Shown here in pieces: positions 11,399 through 22,098 of a stretch of 64,000 nt of DNA (position 1 is its first letter; every line of letters starts with the position of its first letter). The notes under the pieces were generated by a model. It was not told the DNA's origin, made no database searches, and was given only the letters and a program-made list of their open reading frames with translations. The DNA comes from Acidimicrobiales bacterium (GTDB taxonomy: Bacteria; Actinomycetota; Acidimicrobiia; Acidimicrobiales; SZUA-35), in assembly GCA_013003535.1 (NCBI GenBank), contig JABDIY010000009.1:13451-77450 (forward strand), given 5' to 3'. The position numbers and the translations under genes were made by a program.

Positions 11399-11928
11399 CG
11401 GTTGCTCGTTTCCAGGGACGAAATGTAAGAATCAATGAGGCCACTCTGTGAACCAGCGTCAAGTCTTTCCGCGACCAGTGCTTCGGTGGAGGCCCGGGTG
11501 AGCGAGGAAATCTCTTCCCGCAGATCGGCGATGGCCTGGCGGGTTTGATTCTGTATGTCGTTGGTAGCCCGTTCCTTCATCGCGGCAGCTTCGGCATTGG
11601 CCCGAGCTGCGGTATCTACCCGCAGTCGGGTAGCGGTCTCGGCTGCCTCAGCCTTGATCCGGGCGCTCTCGGCACCGATGTCGGGGGCACCGGCAGAGGT
11701 GGCCGAGAGGCTCTGTTCCGCTATCGCTCTTGCCTCGTTGGCCGCATCAAACTCTTTCTGGATTCTTTCTGTCCGGCCGTTCAGCCCCTTCACAATGGCC
11801 GGGCCGGCCTTCCAGATAAGGAGTCCCAGAACGACGAAGAACGCCGCTGACCCCCAGTAGACCTCATTGATGTCGCTGGCGAGTTGATACCCATTTGGGC
11901 CCTCTGCAGCAAAGATGCCGAGATGCAT
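11395..11928 (-). CDS. atpF: Fo ATP synthase subunit b
   Basis: One N-terminal TM helix followed by a long Ala/Glu/Arg-rich helix. ATG at 11928 is preceded by AGGAA. The longer track ORF would overlap the b-prime gene. Confidence 0.8.
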   Translation of the reverse strand: MHLGIFAAEGPNGYQLASDINEVYWGSAAFFVVLGLLIWKAGPAIVKGLNGRTERIQKEFDAANEARAIAEQSLSATSAGAPDIGAESARIKAEAAETATRLRVDTAARANAEAAAMKERATNDIQNQTRQAIADLREEISSLTRASTEALVAERLDAGSQSGLIDSYISSLETSNR

Positions 11929-11935
11929 GAGTTTC

Positions 11936-12457
11936 CTAACCCCGTTCGGAGATGATGCGGTTGACGACACCCATGGCGGATGCAGCGTCGACCGGTCGAT
12001 TGATTACCCGTGATGTTGCCTGAGCGGTGAGTTCAGCCACGTGAGACCCGACTCCACTCATTGCTTCGGTGCGAGCGGCGTCGATTTCGGCGGTAGCCAG
12101 TTGGCGCATCGCGTCGATCTCGGTCTGGGCACCGCCGATGATTTGACTCCGCTCCGCCTCTGCCTCGAGCCGGGCGGCTTCGATGATTTGAGCTGCTTCG
12201 GCGCGGGCAGGAGCGAGAGCGTCGGCAACCACCGCATCGGCATTGGCGACCTTGGCCTCGGCAGCCTTGGCTGCATCCCATTCGTCACGAAGTGCCTGAT
12301 CGCGATCTTCCATGGTTCGCTGCACCGGCGGAAGAAGCACGTAACGCATGAGGAGGTAGAACAACGCAAACATGAGTCCGCCCCAGAACATCTCTGGGAT
12401 GACCGGCAGAATCGGGTTGGCAGCTTCCTCAGCGGATTCGGCGGCTAATAAGAGCAT
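11936..12457 (-). CDS. Fo ATP synthase subunit b-prime (second b-type stator subunit)
   Basis: Same architecture as b (TM helix plus a charged Ala-rich helix). Sits between the c and b genes. Confidence 0.75.
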   Translation of the reverse strand: MLLLAAESAEEAANPILPVIPEMFWGGLMFALFYLLMRYVLLPPVQRTMEDRDQALRDEWDAAKAAEAKVANADAVVADALAPARAEAAQIIEAARLEAEAERSQIIGGAQTEIDAMRQLATAEIDAARTEAMSGVGSHVAELTAQATSRVINRPVDAASAMGVVNRIISERG

Positions 12458-12472
12458 TGGTGGTGCCCCGCT

Positions 12473-13592
<1,120 letters not shown>

Positions 13593-14045
13593 CTAACGAT
13601 GCTCCTTGGGCTTCAGGCCGGGATAGGCCATGGAGGCGGATACATAACGAAGTTCCCACACCAGCAAACCCAGGTGGGTGACAATGAGGGTAATTCCCAT
13701 CGGGACGATTCGGACCCACTCTTGTCCGGCAACTGCAGTTATCGCCAAAAAGATCAAGCCCAATCGTAAGCCAAAGCCGCCGAGCGCCGCGCCGAAGACC
13801 AACGCGAAGTTGATTTGAGCGGCTTTGCCGATGAGCCAGGCGGCGAGGAAGAAATTGACGGTAACGATCGCTAAGGCGTACACGACCGAGGCCACACCCT
13901 CCACGCCACCGATCAGCGCGCCGACCAGAACAACGACGGGAAGAAGGAAAATCGATCGCTTCACCATGTCCATGGCCACGGAGAGGGCCGGTGACGGACC
14001 GTCGAGATGGTCGACCGGTGTAGGTCGGTTCTCTACCGCGGTCAT
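13593..14045 (-). CDS. atpI: AtpI-like small membrane protein
   Basis: 150-aa hydrophobic protein immediately upstream of atpB, as in other actinobacterial atp operons. Confidence 0.5.
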   Translation of the reverse strand: MTAVENRPTPVDHLDGPSPALSVAMDMVKRSIFLLPVVVLVGALIGGVEGVASVVYALAIVTVNFFLAAWLIGKAAQINFALVFGAALGGFGLRLGLIFLAITAVAGQEWVRIVPMGITLIVTHLGLLVWELRYVSASMAYPGLKPKEHR

Positions 14046-14335
14046 CGCTGCTGCCGCTCGTTGGGTCCATCGACCAGCTGACGCTCATTTGCCAAGAGTT
14101 CCAACTGTTGCTTGAACCGGTAATACAGCGAGAATGCCGCACCGAGAAATCCAAACGCGCTGAGTGCGAGAACGAAGAACGGCGTGGTGTTCAACCATCG
14201 ATCGACGCCGTAGCCCAGGAATCCCATGATCAACGCCGAGAGCACCAGTTCGTAACCGCCAGTGCTTTGGAGGAGCGTTTCGGTGAGTTTGGTGGGTCGA
14301 GTGGTGTCAGGCATATCGAGGAGCGAGCTGGACAT
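14042..14335 (-). CDS. AtpZ/AtpR-like (ATPase_gene1 family) small membrane protein
   Basis: 97 aa with two TM helices, first gene of the atp cluster. 4-nt overlap with the next gene. Confidence 0.5.
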   Translation of the reverse strand: MSSSLLDMPDTTRPTKLTETLLQSTGGYELVLSALIMGFLGYGVDRWLNTTPFFVLALSAFGFLGAAFSLYYRFKQQLELLANERQLVDGPNERQQR

Positions 14336-14423
14336 TAAGAGCCAGCGACGGCGAAAGGCTATCTGGCTGGGCGAAGCATCCCACGCATTTCAGCGAGGGT
14401 GAAATCACTCCGATACAAAGTGC

Positions 14424-14618
14424 GTGAAAGTTCTCCTTCATCCCGGCGGTGCTTTGCTGATCTTGGCTCTGGTTGCGTTCCTCGTGTGGTTGGTCACCCC
14501 AAGTATCTGGGTGATCGGGGGCGTCGTGAGACTACTGGCGTTCTTCACCATGGTCTTCGGGATCGTCGGGGGCGCGTTTCTAACATTCTTTGCGAAGAAA
14601 GCGGAAACGTCGCAGTGA
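14424..14618 (+). CDS. 64-aa two-TM membrane protein (paralog 1)
   Basis: GTG start. MKVLLHPGGAL...FGIVGGAFLTFF. Roughly 45 percent identical by eye to the next ORF. Confidence 0.5.
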   Translation: MKVLLHPGGALLILALVAFLVWLVTPSIWVIGGVVRLLAFFTMVFGIVGGAFLTFFAKKAETSQ

Positions 14619-14670
14619 CGGGCAACATGCCTGCTTTTCCCGCAATGCAGTTGTGTTCTATCCTGGCGCC

Positions 14671-14865
14671 ATGAAGCCACTTCTACATCCTGGCGGCGCT
14701 CTCTTCGTGATGGCGGGGTTAGCTTTTTTCGTTCGCCTAACAGCCCGGTGGATCCCCTTCCTCGGCGGCTTCATCTCTACCGTTGCGCTGTTTGCCATCG
14801 TCTTCGGAGTCCTCGGCGGGATCTTCCTCACTTTTGTGGTTCGCAAGAGTGAGAGTCCTGCATGA
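14671..14865 (+). CDS. 64-aa two-TM membrane protein (paralog 2)
   Basis: ATG at 14671. MKPLLHPGGAL...FGVLGGIFLTFV. ATGA overlap with the M48 peptidase gene. Confidence 0.5.
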   Translation: MKPLLHPGGALFVMAGLAFFVRLTARWIPFLGGFISTVALFAIVFGVLGGIFLTFVVRKSESPA

Positions 14866-15848
14866 CGAATCTTCTGCCCGCGGACCGCATCAGGTTCCCC
14901 AACATTTCTTCGGCTGCGTGGGAACACTCCACCGACCGCGCCGCCTTGCACTCACTGCAATCGATTCCCGGTTTCGACACCGTGATTCGCAAGGTCATCG
15001 GCGCAATCGGTGAGCGCAATATCAAGCTCATCTTCACCGCCCAGGCGCTCGAGGTGGGCCCGGTCCAGTACAGCGACCTCTACGAGCTGCTCGTCGAGGT
15101 GTGCGAGACACTTGATCACCCGGTCCCCCGCCTCTATGTGTCTCAAACCCCGTTGGCAAATGCCGGCGCGGTCGGGGTGGACAATCCGTTCATCGTCCTC
15201 AACAGCTCGCTCATCGAACTTTCCTCGCTCGACCAGATTCGGTTCGTCTTGGGGCACGAGGTTGGCCACATCATCAGCGAGCACTCCCTCTACCGGACGC
15301 TGTTGTTCATCCTTCTCCAGTTTTCTGGTTCTGTCCTGCCCGTGATCGGCCAGGCGGTCACGCCGATCACCTTGGCGCTACTGGAATGGAATCGCAAGGC
15401 CGAAATTTCTTCGGACCGCGCCGGGCTTCTGGCCAGCCAAGACCTCGATATGGTGGTTTCGGCTCTCGGGGTAATGGCTGGCGGCATCCGTGGCAGTGAG
15501 GACCAGATCAGCGTCGCAGCGCTGCGAGATCAGGCAGCGGAGTATTCCGACACCAGTGGGCTCGACACATTCTTCAAATTCATGGCCACCGCCGGGCGAA
15601 CCCACCCCTTCCCCGTCATTCGGGTCAACGAGATCGATCGTTTTGCGGCGGGGGAGGACTACTCGTCAGCCCTGGCCGGAAACTACGTTCAACGGGGCGA
15701 CGAGCCACCGTTGCGTGACGATGTTGCCGCCGCCGGCGCCGGATTCTCCGATTCCGCCCAGACCGTTTTCACCCAGGCAGACGAGTACGTGAACGACGCA
15801 TTAACCAATTTCGCAGCTGCCCTTCGCCGCCGAGCCAGAGGCGGGTAG
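14862..15848 (+). CDS. M48-family zinc metallopeptidase
   Basis: HEVGHI (HExxH) followed by a hydrophobic segment and EISSDRAG. Confidence 0.8.
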   Translation: MTNLLPADRIRFPNISSAAWEHSTDRAALHSLQSIPGFDTVIRKVIGAIGERNIKLIFTAQALEVGPVQYSDLYELLVEVCETLDHPVPRLYVSQTPLANAGAVGVDNPFIVLNSSLIELSSLDQIRFVLGHEVGHIISEHSLYRTLLFILLQFSGSVLPVIGQAVTPITLALLEWNRKAEISSDRAGLLASQDLDMVVSALGVMAGGIRGSEDQISVAALRDQAAEYSDTSGLDTFFKFMATAGRTHPFPVIRVNEIDRFAAGEDYSSALAGNYVQRGDEPPLRDDVAAAGAGFSDSAQTVFTQADEYVNDALTNFAAALRRRARGG

Positions 15849-15854
15849 AGCCGC

Positions 15855-16970
15855 TCAGGTCTGACCGCCGTCCGGACGCCAGATCCCGGGGGCAAAGATC
15901 GTGAAAAGCACCAGGCTGAGAGCGGCTACGCCCACGGGAACGATGGCATCACCCGATCCTTCGTTGTAGACGGGCCACAGGACAAATCCCGACAGGAGCG
16001 CAGTCCAGGCCCACAGGATGAAGACGCTTCGTCCGTGGCCGTGGCCCAGTCGCATGAGGCGATGGTGCAGGTGATCCTTGTCTGCGGTTGCGAGCCCCTG
16101 GCGCCGGGTGGCACGGCGCACGATTGCGAAAATGGTGTCGAGGATGGGAACTCCGAGAATCACCAAGGGGATCACCAAAGGTGCGTAGAAGAAGAACGTC
16201 TGCCCACTGAACGGGTCGCGCGTTCTTCCCCCCACCGCCATGGTGCTGGCCGCCATGAGTGTTCCTAACAACAAAGCGCCGCCATCGCCCATGAAGATCT
16301 GGGCTGGGTGAACGTTGTAGGGCAGAAAACCGACGCAAATGCCAAAAACGGTGATGAGCAAGAGCGGACCGAGCGTGGAAATGAGCAGCCCGACCTCCAG
16401 TAGCTTCACCGCGTAGAAGAAGAAGGCGAGAGCTCCGATTCCTACGATGCCCGCTGCCAACCCGTCTAAGCCGTCGATGAAGTTGACAGCGTTGGCCATA
16501 CCCATCACCCACAACACCGTGAGCAAATAGGCCAGTCCGGGGTCCACGATGATCGGGTCCACGAACGGGATTCGGAAGTAGATGATGCTGACCCCTCCGA
16601 AATACAGGGCGCTCCCTGCCAACACAAGACCCATGGTTTTGGCTGGTGCGGAGATATCCCGCAGGTCATCGAGGACACCGACGCCGTAGGCGATGATTCC
16701 GCACGCCACCACCGCGAACGGTTCGCTCGTACCCGAGAATGCTTCCGGGAACCAACCGGACACCGAAGCCACCAACATCGCCAGGAGGAAACCCACGAAC
16801 ATCGCTCCGCCGCCCAAAGTAGGGGTGGGTGCCAGATGGACTCCACGCTCTGTTGGCAGGACTTCCGCCCCCTGTTTCGATGCGAACTTCCGAAAGAACG
16901 GCACGGTGAGTCCAGACCCCAGGGCCGCAACCACCCCGACCAGCAGAAACTTCACGAGGTCGAGTTCCAT
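15855..16970 (-). CDS. wecA: UDP-GlcNAc:undecaprenyl-phosphate GlcNAc-1-phosphate transferase (MraY/WecA family)
   Basis: NAVNFIDGLDGLAAG motif, about 10 TM helices. Occupies the same position as rfe/wecA upstream of atp in Mycobacterium. Confidence 0.85.
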   Translation of the reverse strand: MELDLVKFLLVGVVAALGSGLTVPFFRKFASKQGAEVLPTERGVHLAPTPTLGGGAMFVGFLLAMLVASVSGWFPEAFSGTSEPFAVVACGIIAYGVGVLDDLRDISAPAKTMGLVLAGSALYFGGVSIIYFRIPFVDPIIVDPGLAYLLTVLWVMGMANAVNFIDGLDGLAAGIVGIGALAFFFYAVKLLEVGLLISTLGPLLLITVFGICVGFLPYNVHPAQIFMGDGGALLLGTLMAASTMAVGGRTRDPFSGQTFFFYAPLVIPLVILGVPILDTIFAIVRRATRRQGLATADKDHLHHRLMRLGHGHGRSVFILWAWTALLSGFVLWPVYNEGSGDAIVPVGVAALSLVLFTIFAPGIWRPDGGQT

Positions 16971-17029
16971 CGCCCCGAACGATAGTCCGCCACGGGGTCA
17001 CGACTGCTCTACATGCGTGTGGTCAAGCG

Positions 17030-18163
17030 CTAATCCTCGATCTGAGCGGCGATCGCTCGGGTGGCGTCGATGAACTCATCCACCATGTCCACCACCACTT
17101 GCCGAGCTGGCTTCGACCGGTTCATGTCGCCCACGATCTGGCCAACGAAATAGTTGGCCAACTGTTCGGCGCCAGTCCCGGCCGTGTGGGCGGCCCGGTC
17201 AATCCGCCGGATAGCGTCATCTACCAGCATCGGCTGCATCGGCATACCCAATGGTGCCGGATTGGCCGGATTCTCCCATTCGTCGGTCCAGGCGGATTTC
17301 AGCATCCTGGCATGTTTGCCAGTCCGGGACCGGGAACGGATCGTGTCTGAGCTGGTGGCAGCCAGGAACTTTTGCTTCACGGCCGGGTGGGTCTCGGCTT
17401 CTTCGGTGGTCAACCACACCGATCCGCACCACACACCTTGGGCACCGAGGGCCATCGCTGCAGCCATCTGCCGACCGCGCCCGATGCCCCCGGCGGCCAG
17501 CACCGGAACCGGCGCAACCGCGTCAACTACCTCGGGAATGAGCACCATCGTGCCGATCTCGCCCGTATGGCCGCCGGCCTCGGACCCCTGAGCGATGATC
17601 ACATCAACTCCGGCGTTCACATGACGCTGCGCGTGTTGGGCCTTACCTGCCAGCGCGCCGACGATGCGGCCTTCTTCCTTGACCCGCTGCACCATGTGTT
17701 GGGGTGGAGGACCAAGCGCGTTCACCAGGAAGATGGCTTTGCGGGCGAGAGAGATCTCCAGTTGTGTTGTGGCACGGTTCAACGAGAAGGCGACATCTCC
17801 GGTCTGAGCCATGAGACGGCCGTCATCATCGGGCACCTCCGGCACCCCGTAGCGGGCCAGGATGTCAGCTACGAACGTCTTGTGCTCGGAGGGAATGAGC
17901 TTTTCTATCTGTTCCGCGGTGTAGCCACCCTCATCATCACCGAGGTACCGGGCGGGGATGATCAAATCGACGCCGTATGGCCGGTCTCCGACCTCGGCCT
18001 CGATCCAATCGAGGTCGATCTCCAACTGTTCATCAGAATGGGCAACCGCACCCAGAACTCCCATTCCGCCGGCTTTGGTTACTGCCGCAACCACGTCTCG
18101 ACAATGGCTAAACGCAAAAAGGGGAATATCGATACCGAACAATTCGGTGATGTCATTCTTCAT
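17030..18163 (-). CDS. nitronate monooxygenase (NMO) family flavin oxidoreductase
   Basis: MKNDITELFGIDIPLF...IIAQGSEAGGHTG. ATG at 18163 was chosen because the longer ORF runs into glyA. Confidence 0.85.
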   Translation of the reverse strand: MKNDITELFGIDIPLFAFSHCRDVVAAVTKAGGMGVLGAVAHSDEQLEIDLDWIEAEVGDRPYGVDLIIPARYLGDDEGGYTAEQIEKLIPSEHKTFVADILARYGVPEVPDDDGRLMAQTGDVAFSLNRATTQLEISLARKAIFLVNALGPPPQHMVQRVKEEGRIVGALAGKAQHAQRHVNAGVDVIIAQGSEAGGHTGEIGTMVLIPEVVDAVAPVPVLAAGGIGRGRQMAAAMALGAQGVWCGSVWLTTEEAETHPAVKQKFLAATSSDTIRSRSRTGKHARMLKSAWTDEWENPANPAPLGMPMQPMLVDDAIRRIDRAAHTAGTGAEQLANYFVGQIVGDMNRSKPARQVVVDMVDEFIDATRAIAAQIED

Positions 18164-18269
18164 GAAGGAAGTGTTCCCGATGCCTGGCGGTACTGCAAAC
18201 CATGATCTGGTACCACTGGAGTTCGCATTCGGCAAGCGGCCAAACCATCGGGAGATGTAGCCTGATGCG

Positions 18270-19511
18270 ATGCCTTGGCCAATAGTGAACGACACCGTCT
18301 ACAACGAAATCGAAGCCGCCGAAATCGAGCGTCAGAACACCGGGTTACAGCTCATCGCGTCGGAAAATTTCGCTTCACCCGCCGTCATGGCAGCCACCGG
18401 TTCGATCTTCACCAACAAATACTCCGAGGGTTATCCAGGCCGTCGCTACTACGGCGGGAATGCGATCGTCGACCGCGCCGAACAACTGGCGATCGACCGG
18501 GTCAAGGAACTCTTCGGCGCCGATCATGCCAATGTGCAACCCCACTCCGGCGCCAACGCCAACATGGCTGTCTATCAGGCAGTGCTGAAGCCTGGCGACA
18601 CCGTGTTGGGACTGAGCCTGGACCACGGTGGGCACCTGACCCACGGCTCACCGGTCAACGCCTCCGGGATCCAGTACGACTTCATCGCCTACCGCCTCAC
18701 CAAATCCGACGAACGCATCGACATGGATGAGGTGGCCGATCTCGCCAAGAAACACAAGCCAAAGATGATCGTCACCGGCGCCACTGCGTACCCCCGGATA
18801 ATCGAAGCAGGGCCGTTCCGCGAAATCGCCGACAGTGTTGGTGCTCATTTGATGTTCGACGCCGCGCACGTTGCCGGTCTGATCGCCGGCGGGGTCTTTC
18901 CCAATCCTGTCCCGCATTGCGACATCGTCACCTTCACTACCCATAAAACGCTGCGCGGCCCGCGCGGTGGCTGCATCCTTAGCCGTTCCGAACATGCCAA
19001 GGCCATAGACTCCGCGGTGTTCCCCGGGCAGCAGGGCGGTCCTCAAGAACACAGCATTGCGGCCAAAGCCGTTGCCTTCGCCGAAGCTCTGACAGATGAG
19101 TTCAAGACCTATTCGGCTCAAGTAGTCGCCAACGCCCAAGCGCTCGCCACCACCCTGGGCGAGGAAGGGTTCCGACTCGTGAGCGGTGGCACCGATACTC
19201 ACCTGTTGCTGGTGGACCTCCGAGCTTTCGACGAGGACCTCACAGGCAAAGAGGCGCAGATCGTTCTCGACGAGGCCGGCATCACATTGAACCGCAACAC
19301 GATCCCCGACGATCCCCGCTCCCCGTTCGTAACCTCGGGGATTCGCATTGGCACGCCGGCGGTCACCACTCAAGGGATGAAGGAACCCGAGATGGCACAG
19401 ATCGGATCGCTTATTGCCCGCACCCTTCGCAACAGGACCGACGCCAACGCCGTAGCCGGGTTACGGGAGGAAGTTCGCTCCCTCTGCTCCAACTTCACGC
19501 CCTATCCCTAA
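18270..19511 (+). CDS. glyA: serine hydroxymethyltransferase
   Basis: [32 protein letters not shown] (PLP lysine). Confidence 0.96.
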   Translation: MPWPIVNDTVYNEIEAAEIERQNTGLQLIASENFASPAVMAATGSIFTNKYSEGYPGRRYYGGNAIVDRAEQLAIDRVKELFGADHANVQPHSGANANMAVYQAVLKPGDTVLGLSLDHGGHLTHGSPVNASGIQYDFIAYRLTKSDERIDMDEVADLAKKHKPKMIVTGATAYPRIIEAGPFREIADSVGAHLMFDAAHVAGLIAGGVFPNPVPHCDIVTFTTHKTLRGPRGGCILSRSEHAKAIDSAVFPGQQGGPQEHSIAAKAVAFAEALTDEFKTYSAQVVANAQALATTLGEEGFRLVSGGTDTHLLLVDLRAFDEDLTGKEAQIVLDEAGITLNRNTIPDDPRSPFVTSGIRIGTPAVTTQGMKEPEMAQIGSLIARTLRNRTDANAVAGLREEVRSLCSNFTPYP

Positions 19512-19551
19512 GGCGAGGGCTGTCCCGTCACCAACTGGATACATTCATCTC

Positions 19552-19983
19552 ATGACCATGACGATTGCGGTTGGTTCTGATCATGCAGGATTCGCGTACA
19601 AGGAGATGATCGCCAAGCATCTCGGGGCTACCGGATACGAGGTGCTCGACGTTGGCACAAACTCCACCGACCGGGTGGACTACCCCGACTACGGCAAGGC
19701 CGTCGGCGAAGCTGTGATCGCCGGGAAAGCCACCTACGGCATGGCGGTGTGTGGCAGTGGAATCGGCATCTGTATCGCAGCCAACAAAGTGGCCGGCATC
19801 CGGGCGGCGACGGTGCATGATATGACAAGCGCCCGGCTGTCCCGGGAGCACAACGACGCCAACGTCATGTGCGTCGGTGAGCGCTTCTTGGGCCCCCAGG
19901 TCGTCCTCGACTGTGTAGAGGCCTTCCTGGCGGCAGAGTTCCAGGGCGGCCGCCATGCGGCCCGCGTCGCCAAACTGGGTTAG
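19552..19983 (+). CDS. rpiB: ribose-5-phosphate isomerase B
   Basis: IAVGSDHAGF...CGSGIGICIAANK. 143 aa. Confidence 0.9.
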   Translation: MTMTIAVGSDHAGFAYKEMIAKHLGATGYEVLDVGTNSTDRVDYPDYGKAVGEAVIAGKATYGMAVCGSGIGICIAANKVAGIRAATVHDMTSARLSREHNDANVMCVGERFLGPQVVLDCVEAFLAAEFQGGRHAARVAKLG

Positions 19984-20034
19984 GCGGAGGCGCATCCGGC
20001 ACTTGTCTCCCATGCAGCGGCCTATTCTTACTAG

Positions 20035-21102
20035 GTGCTCGAACGCTTGGACTCGTTGTTGTCGGAACATTCCGAGGTCGAGTCGCGCCTCGCCGACCCG
20101 ACCATCGTCAGCGATCAGAAACGCTTTGTGGAGATGTCCCGCCGTTATGCGGAACTGAGCAAAGTGGTAGAGGTCGGAGTAGCGCTTCGGAACCGATTGG
20201 AAGACCTGGAGACCGCAACCGAGATGCTCACCGAACTCGAGGGCGATGACCGAGAGGAAATGCGGACCGAGGTCAACGAAGCAACCGCCGATATCGAACG
20301 CTTGGAAACCGAATTCCGGCTGCTCCTCCTACCACCAGATCCCAATGAGGGTCGAAACGTGATCATGGAGATCAGGGGCGCCGAAGGCGGCGAGGAGGCC
20401 AACCTCTTCGCTCGTGACCTGTTCGAGATGTACCAGGCCTACGCCGCCGGCAAGAAGTGGAACTTGGAGGTCATGAACTCCAACCCCACAGATAAGGGCG
20501 GCTTCAGCGAAATCACCTTTCGGCTGTCCGGCGACGAGGTTTGGCCCCGGATGAAGTTCGAGGCAGGCCCCCACCGAGTCCAGCGGGTCCCGGTCACCGA
20601 GTCTCAGGGACGGGTCCATACGAGTTCCGCCACCGTGTCGGTGCTTCCCGAGGCTGATGAGATCGATCTGGAGATCGATCCGGGCGATATCAAGGTTGAC
20701 ACGTTCCGGGCCAGTGGGGCGGGGGGTCAGCACGTCAACAAGACCGAGTCGGCAATTCGAATAACCCACCTCCCCACAAACGAGGTGGTCTCGATGCAGG
20801 ACGAAAAGAGCCAGCTGCAAAACCGGATCCGAGCGATGGCCGTTCTCCGCTCCCGGCTCCTCAAGCTGGAGCAGGACAAAGCTGCCGCCGACGCCTCCGC
20901 CCAGCGTAAGGACCAGATCGGATCAGGTGGGCGCAGTGAAAAGATCCGAACCTACAACTACAAGGAGAACCGGGTGAGCGACCATCGGATCGGCCTCACC
21001 ATTCACCAGCTCGACAAGGTCCTGGCCGGGGATCTCAACGAAGTCAGTGATGCGCTCATCATGGACGAGCGCGCCCGTCAATTGGCTAAAATCGAGGAGT
21101 GA
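20035..21102 (+). CDS. prfA: peptide chain release factor 1
   Basis: GGQHVNKTESAIRITH (GGQ motif). Identified as RF1 by overall sequence similarity and by its position immediately upstream of prmC. Confidence 0.97.
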   Translation: MLERLDSLLSEHSEVESRLADPTIVSDQKRFVEMSRRYAELSKVVEVGVALRNRLEDLETATEMLTELEGDDREEMRTEVNEATADIERLETEFRLLLLPPDPNEGRNVIMEIRGAEGGEEANLFARDLFEMYQAYAAGKKWNLEVMNSNPTDKGGFSEITFRLSGDEVWPRMKFEAGPHRVQRVPVTESQGRVHTSSATVSVLPEADEIDLEIDPGDIKVDTFRASGAGGQHVNKTESAIRITHLPTNEVVSMQDEKSQLQNRIRAMAVLRSRLLKLEQDKAAADASAQRKDQIGSGGRSEKIRTYNYKENRVSDHRIGLTIHQLDKVLAGDLNEVSDALIMDERARQLAKIEE

Positions 21103-22010
21103 ATCCCGTCTTGGCCAAGGAACTGGACGGCGCAATGAACGACCAAACCATTACATGGCAAGAGCTTCTCGCCGAGACCACCCAACGCCTCGTCGAAGCC
21201 GGCGTTGACGAACCCGAAATATCGGCCCGCCGGATCGTAGAGGAAGCTTCGGGCTGGGACGGCGCCGATCTCGGGGTTCATCTGGGCGACCTGGCTACCG
21301 AAGGCACCGTGGCTCATCTCGATTCCATGCTGAGCCGACGGCTCACCGGCGAACCGCTGCAGTACGTAGTGGGGCGGTGGGCGTTCCGGTCGCTCGATCT
21401 GATGGTCGATGCGAGGGTATTGATCCCCCGACCCGAAACAGAAGAAGTGGCGGGCCTGGCAATCGCCCATGCCAGGCGAGTGGCCGGGACCGGAATTCCG
21501 CCAACTGTAGCCGACCTCGGTACCGGCACAGGCGCCATCGGTCTCAGTATTGCGACGGAGATCCCACAGGCGACCGTGTACCTGACCGACGCCTACGAGA
21601 ACGCACTAGCAATCGCTCGAGCCAACACGGCCGGGATCGGCCGCCACGCCGTTCGGGTCAACATTCGCCACGGCTCGTGGTTCAAGGCTCTCCCCGATGA
21701 CTTGCGTGGCTCGTTTCATGTCATCGTGTCCAATCCACCGTATGTCGCCACCACTGATTCGCTCCCGCCGGTAGTCGCCGACTGGGAACCGGCGACCGCC
21801 CTTTTCGCCGGCGACGATGGGTTGGTCCACCTGACAACGCTCGTTCAGGAAGCACCAGATTGGCTGGCGGAGTCCGGGGTCCTCGTGCTGGAAATGGCGC
21901 CGGGGCAGACCACCAAAGTCGTCGAAATGTGCTTGGAACGGGGCTTCTCGTCAGCGGAGGTCCATTCCGATCTCTCGGGGACTCCCCGAGCCGTCGTGGC
22001 CATCCAGTAA
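21099..22010 (+). CDS. prmC: release factor glutamine N5-methyltransferase
   Basis: DLGTGTGAIG SAM motif and NPPY. GTGA overlap with prfA. Confidence 0.9.
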   Translation: MNPVLAKELDGAMNDQTITWQELLAETTQRLVEAGVDEPEISARRIVEEASGWDGADLGVHLGDLATEGTVAHLDSMLSRRLTGEPLQYVVGRWAFRSLDLMVDARVLIPRPETEEVAGLAIAHARRVAGTGIPPTVADLGTGTGAIGLSIATEIPQATVYLTDAYENALAIARANTAGIGRHAVRVNIRHGSWFKALPDDLRGSFHVIVSNPPYVATTDSLPPVVADWEPATALFAGDDGLVHLTTLVQEAPDWLAESGVLVLEMAPGQTTKVVEMCLERGFSSAEVHSDLSGTPRAVVAIQ

Positions 22011-22098
22011 AGACCCTCTCCGGTTCCTAGGGATCGGTTCGTTGCAGTCAATAACGCCCACCATGCGGCAGTGAATGACTGCAGTTGGCCGGAGCGTC

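Noticed and set aside
20035-21102. Programmed +1 frameshift of the kind seen in release factor genes
   Set aside because: That mechanism belongs to prfB (RF2). This gene is a single uninterrupted ORF immediately followed by prmC, consistent with prfA.
22043-22083. 8-bp stem (tgcagtca/tgactgca) between convergent prmC and the hypothetical gene, considered as a bidirectional terminator
   Set aside because: 25-nt loop, short stem and no flanking T/A runs. Too weak to call.
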